From contig JAWXCN010000064.1 in assembly GCA_034408725.1 (NCBI GenBank), positions 1-38,972 on the forward strand: a stretch of 38,972 bases of DNA. Reading direction: 5' to 3'. This document shows positions 35,911 to 38,972 of the stretch, piece by piece; the stretch's first letter is position 1, and the number at the start of each line of letters is the position of its first letter. Both the position numbers and the translations under genes were made by a program. The notes under the pieces are model-generated. The model was not told the origin of the DNA. It did no database searches and saw only the letters and a list, made by a program, of their open reading frames with translations. The stretch is from Candidatus Hydrogenedentota bacterium (GTDB lineage Bacteria > Hydrogenedentota > Hydrogenedentia > Hydrogenedentales > SLHB01).

Positions 35911-36552
35911 GTGTTCAATATCGATTTTTCCCACTTCCAACTCGTTGACCTCTCCATGGCAATCATCCCGAACCAACTCAACGAAGGCCGGCCGTTTGAA
36001 GTGAAGGAGGGCCGGCTGGCGGACGGCACGCTCAAGTACGATATCGTGAACACGCACACGCACGTGGGCACGCACATCGAATCGCCGGTACACTTTTATT
36101 TCAAAGGCAAGACCTGCACCGATTATCCGCTCGAGCATTTCATGGGGCGGGCCGCTCTGGTGACAACGGCGATTCCCGATTCGGCGAACAGCGTGACGCT
36201 GGACCATGTGACGCCGCAACTCGAGCCACGACGCGGCCAGTTCGAAGTGCTCTACGTCCGTAACGATACGCCACGGCGACCCCTGTTTATCGATATGGAT
36301 TGCGTGCGATATTTCGCTGAATTCGATCTCAAACTCTTTATCTTCGAACACACGATCAACTTCGGCGATTCTTCCTTGGAAGCGGGCCGCACGTTTCATG
36401 ATCTGCTGTTAAGCCGCGATACGCTTCTGGTCGAGTTTCCCGCGAACGGCGCGAGGCTGACGCGGCCCGATTTCTACGTCATGGCCGTACCGCTGAACAT
36501 TCGCGGTATCGATTCGAGCGGGTGCCGGCTCGTGGCGATTTTGGAGAAATAG
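35911..36552 (+). CDS. Cyclase family (KynB-like) metal-dependent hydrolase
   Basis: VDLS near the N-terminus, HVGTHIESPVH (variant of HxGTHxDxPxH), C-terminal PLNIRGIDSSGCRLVA. Confidence 0.8.
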   Translation: MFNIDFSHFQLVDLSMAIIPNQLNEGRPFEVKEGRLADGTLKYDIVNTHTHVGTHIESPVHFYFKGKTCTDYPLEHFMGRAALVTTAIPDSANSVTLDHVTPQLEPRRGQFEVLYVRNDTPRRPLFIDMDCVRYFAEFDLKLFIFEHTINFGDSSLEAGRTFHDLLLSRDTLLVEFPANGARLTRPDFYVMAVPLNIRGIDSSGCRLVAILEK

Positions 36553-36724
36553 CCCGGCAGGAATGATCGGGCTCAGGGTATTTGCTGCCGGACTGCGCGC
36601 GACGCAAATTTGCTCGTCTGGACCTGAAGTGCCGTTATCCAAATAACTTACAGAATATTCAAAACTCGGCATATCACTTGCTCTCCTCTCGCGGGGTTCC
36701 GTCTCTGCATGCAGGAGTTTGCGC

Positions 36725-37801
36725 ATGGTGATCAAACCGTTGTTGCCCGATATCGCGCCTCATCCCGGCGAACCGAAACTAGCGCCAACATTACCGTTTC
36801 GCCGCACGACGGATTTTATCGAACTCCTGAAATCACGCATGAAAATCCAGCCGCAACCCTCCCCGGCAAATCACACGGTCAAAAAAGGGGAATCGCTCTG
36901 GCGTATCTGCGAAGACGCGTTGCGCGCTGACGGCAAGGCGCCCACGAAGAACGCAATCAACCTAGCCGTGCATCAAGTCGCCTCCGCCAACAACCTGCGC
37001 AACCCGAACAATCTGGCAATTGGCCAGACGCTGGACCTCGGCACGGTGCATCGACCGCAAATGGCTGGCAATAAAAACCTCGCGGTTACATCAGAGGCTC
37101 CGGCTGTTCGCGAGGCAAAGGCGAACGCTAACAAGCCAACGCATCAACCTCCGCTAATGGCTGCGGAGCCTGAAAAAGGGGCGCGCGGCGGCGCGACCAG
37201 CCAGGCGCGGCCCTTGTTTACGCGATTGTCCAATGCCCGTCCGCTGGTCCACGTGCATCCTCATCCTGGACATGAGGTGGACGCTTCGAAAAGTACGCCA
37301 GCACCCACGGTCGATCTTACGGCCCTGATGCAATCGATTCTGGAACCGGGTTCCATCGCGGTCGATACCGCGGCGGCGACCAGCCCGTGGAAAACGCTGC
37401 TTGCGGGCGCGGGCAGGTTTACCTCCGGATTTGGACTGAGAAACGACCCGTTCTCCGGCAAGCCGCAATTTCACCAGGGCATTGACATCGCGGCCGCAAC
37501 GGGTACGGAAATCTATCCTTATATGCCGGGCACGGTAAAATCAGCGGGCTGGAATGGTGGACATGGGAACGCAGTCGTGATCGAGCATCCGAACGGCCTA
37601 GAGACCATGTACGCGCACGCATCGGAAACTTTGGTAAAGGCGGGCGACGTTGTCATGAAAGACACGCCTATCGCGAAAGTGGGGACATCAGGCCGGTCCA
37701 CCGGGGCGCACCTGCATTTTGAAGTGCGGCAAAATAACAAGGCGATCGATCCGCTGCCGTTTGTGAAGGACACTTCATTCAACGTAGCCAAGACTCTTTA
37801 A
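36725..37801 (+). CDS. LysM domain + M23 family metallopeptidase
   Basis: LysM HTVKKGESLWRI..ANNLRNPNNLAIGQTL; M23 HQGID, YAH, STGAHLHFE; CAGGAG RBS before ATG 36725. Confidence 0.9.
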   Translation: MVIKPLLPDIAPHPGEPKLAPTLPFRRTTDFIELLKSRMKIQPQPSPANHTVKKGESLWRICEDALRADGKAPTKNAINLAVHQVASANNLRNPNNLAIGQTLDLGTVHRPQMAGNKNLAVTSEAPAVREAKANANKPTHQPPLMAAEPEKGARGGATSQARPLFTRLSNARPLVHVHPHPGHEVDASKSTPAPTVDLTALMQSILEPGSIAVDTAAATSPWKTLLAGAGRFTSGFGLRNDPFSGKPQFHQGIDIAAATGTEIYPYMPGTVKSAGWNGGHGNAVVIEHPNGLETMYAHASETLVKAGDVVMKDTPIAKVGTSGRSTGAHLHFEVRQNNKAIDPLPFVKDTSFNVAKTL

Positions 37802-38971
37802 GGCGTCCACATCTTCTTCGGTGAGGTCCGCGGCCTCGGCGGAGCCGGTTCCAACGTTTGCATCCCATTCTTCGATTAGAGACCTCATCGCGGCCACACG
37901 ACCGGGTTCTTTTCTATATAAGTTGACTATTTCGCCTTTATCAGTCGCGATATGAAACAACTCCGGATCGGGCCCGCCCAACACCAATTTCCAACCTTCG
38001 ACAATCACGCCCTGGCGCATGGGCGGACGGCCCGCCATGACAGCCTTAGCGCCGGGCACACCCGGCACCGCGCCGCCATACGTTTCCACGACACGCGGGC
38101 GATTCGCAGGAACCGCATCATTGATCAAATCGAGACCGAGCGCGCCCGCGAGCGGTTGAAGTCCCGCCAGCGCGAGCAGCGTGGGCGCGACATCAATCAT
38201 TCGCGCGGGGGTCTTGCTGCGTCCAGGTGTCACGCCGGGACCGCGCACGATGAGCGGCACGTGCATGCTGTCCTGGTAAATACGCCTGCCGTGACCGAGG
38301 TACTCGTGTTCGTAAAGACTTTCTCCGTGGTCCGCGACAAAAACCACGATAGCGTTGTCCTTTGGCAATGCAGCGAACAGTTTTCCGAGGAACAAATCGG
38401 TATACGCTACTTCCGAATCGTAGCGCGCCCTCGTGGATTCAACGTCCGAGAGCGTTCGTAGCGCCGTGCCTCGCGGGTTCAGCTCGCTGTGAAACCGGTA
38501 GGGCGCGTGCGGATCGGAATAGTGAAACCAAGCGAACAACGGTTTATTTGCGGCGCGTTTCTCGATTCGTTCCAAAGCAAGTCTCGTCACCTCGTCCGCA
38601 TATCGCTCGGATTTCAAAAATCCCCACCGTTTCTTGCGAAACCCATCGTCGTAGTGGTCAAACCCGCGGTGAAGTCCCGATAACTCGGCTTTCAAAGTCC
38701 AATTGCTCGTGACACATGCCGTTTCGTAACCTGCTGTCTTGAACTGTTCGGCAAGTGTCGGGACACCCGGCGGCAGCGGGAGGCCGTTGCGCGCGACGCC
38801 GTTCATGCGTGGGTACTGCGATGTCATCATGGCGCTAAAGGCCGGCGACGTGAGCGGTATCTCGGTGACGCAATCCTCGAAGAGCAGCGCGTCCTTGGCA
38901 AACGCATCAAGATGGGGCGAAGTCGGCAGCGCGTGCCCATAGCATCCGAGCCGGTCCGCGCGCAGGGTATC
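37775..38971 (-). CDS. Sulfatase-like (alkaline phosphatase superfamily) hydrolase/transferase; 5' end lies outside the window
   Basis: Frame open from the window end: DTLRADRLGCYG..TSPHLD; HYSDPHAPY, YDSEVAYTD, ADHGE..EH..GHG, DVAPT, C-terminal LKSLGY. Confidence 0.88.
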   Translation of the reverse strand, partial: DTLRADRLGCYGHALPTSPHLDAFAKDALLFEDCVTEIPLTSPAFSAMMTSQYPRMNGVARNGLPLPPGVPTLAEQFKTAGYETACVTSNWTLKAELSGLHRGFDHYDDGFRKKRWGFLKSERYADEVTRLALERIEKRAANKPLFAWFHYSDPHAPYRFHSELNPRGTALRTLSDVESTRARYDSEVAYTDLFLGKLFAALPKDNAIVVFVADHGESLYEHEYLGHGRRIYQDSMHVPLIVRGPGVTPGRSKTPARMIDVAPTLLALAGLQPLAGALGLDLINDAVPANRPRVVETYGGAVPGVPGAKAVMAGRPPMRQGVIVEGWKLVLGGPDPELFHIATDKGEIVNLYRKEPGRVAAMRSLIEEWDANVGTGSAEAADLTEEDVDALKSLGYVE

Positions 38972-38972
38972 C

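Noticed and set aside
36553..36724. Sigma-28-like promoter upstream of the LysM-M23 gene
   Set aside because: GCCGTTAT (36631-36638) resembles the -10 element, but there is no correctly spaced -35 element.

Overview
GC-rich bacterial chromosomal window; I cannot assign the taxon from sequence alone. It has four blocks. (1) 1-13037: a mostly plus-strand surface-polysaccharide locus with a GT4 fragment, an AlgD-like nucleotide-sugar dehydrogenase, a priming phosphoglycosyltransferase, two TPR proteins, two divergent secreted paralogs, an O-antigen-ligase/TPR fusion, a Wzz-like protein and a second ligase/polymerase, with a dodecin gene inserted near the start. (2) 13049-22591: a minus-strand run of GT2, double LAB_N membrane protein, ArnT-like GT-C, a ~213-bp-period REP/REPIN-like array, two tandem discoidin-like paralogs, a TIGR03663-like GT-C protein and two CBM4/9-like lipoproteins. 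This run is the best candidate for an undescribed extracytoplasmic glycosylation system. (3) 22942-26533: an M20 peptidase, nagA and a split M48 protease gene. (4) 26538-38972: a classical menaquinone operon (menG-F-D-H-B-A-C-E, with menA frameshifted), a cyclase-family hydrolase, a LysM/M23 peptidase and a partial sulfatase-like gene. The intergenic DNA is rich in structured repeats: the REPIN-like array and a solo copy of its unit, GGAG-tagged hairpins, a twin-hairpin element and a 35-bp heptamer inverted repeat. I saw no rRNA, tRNA, CRISPR array, transposase or integrase. All family calls come from motif recognition by eye, not database searches.
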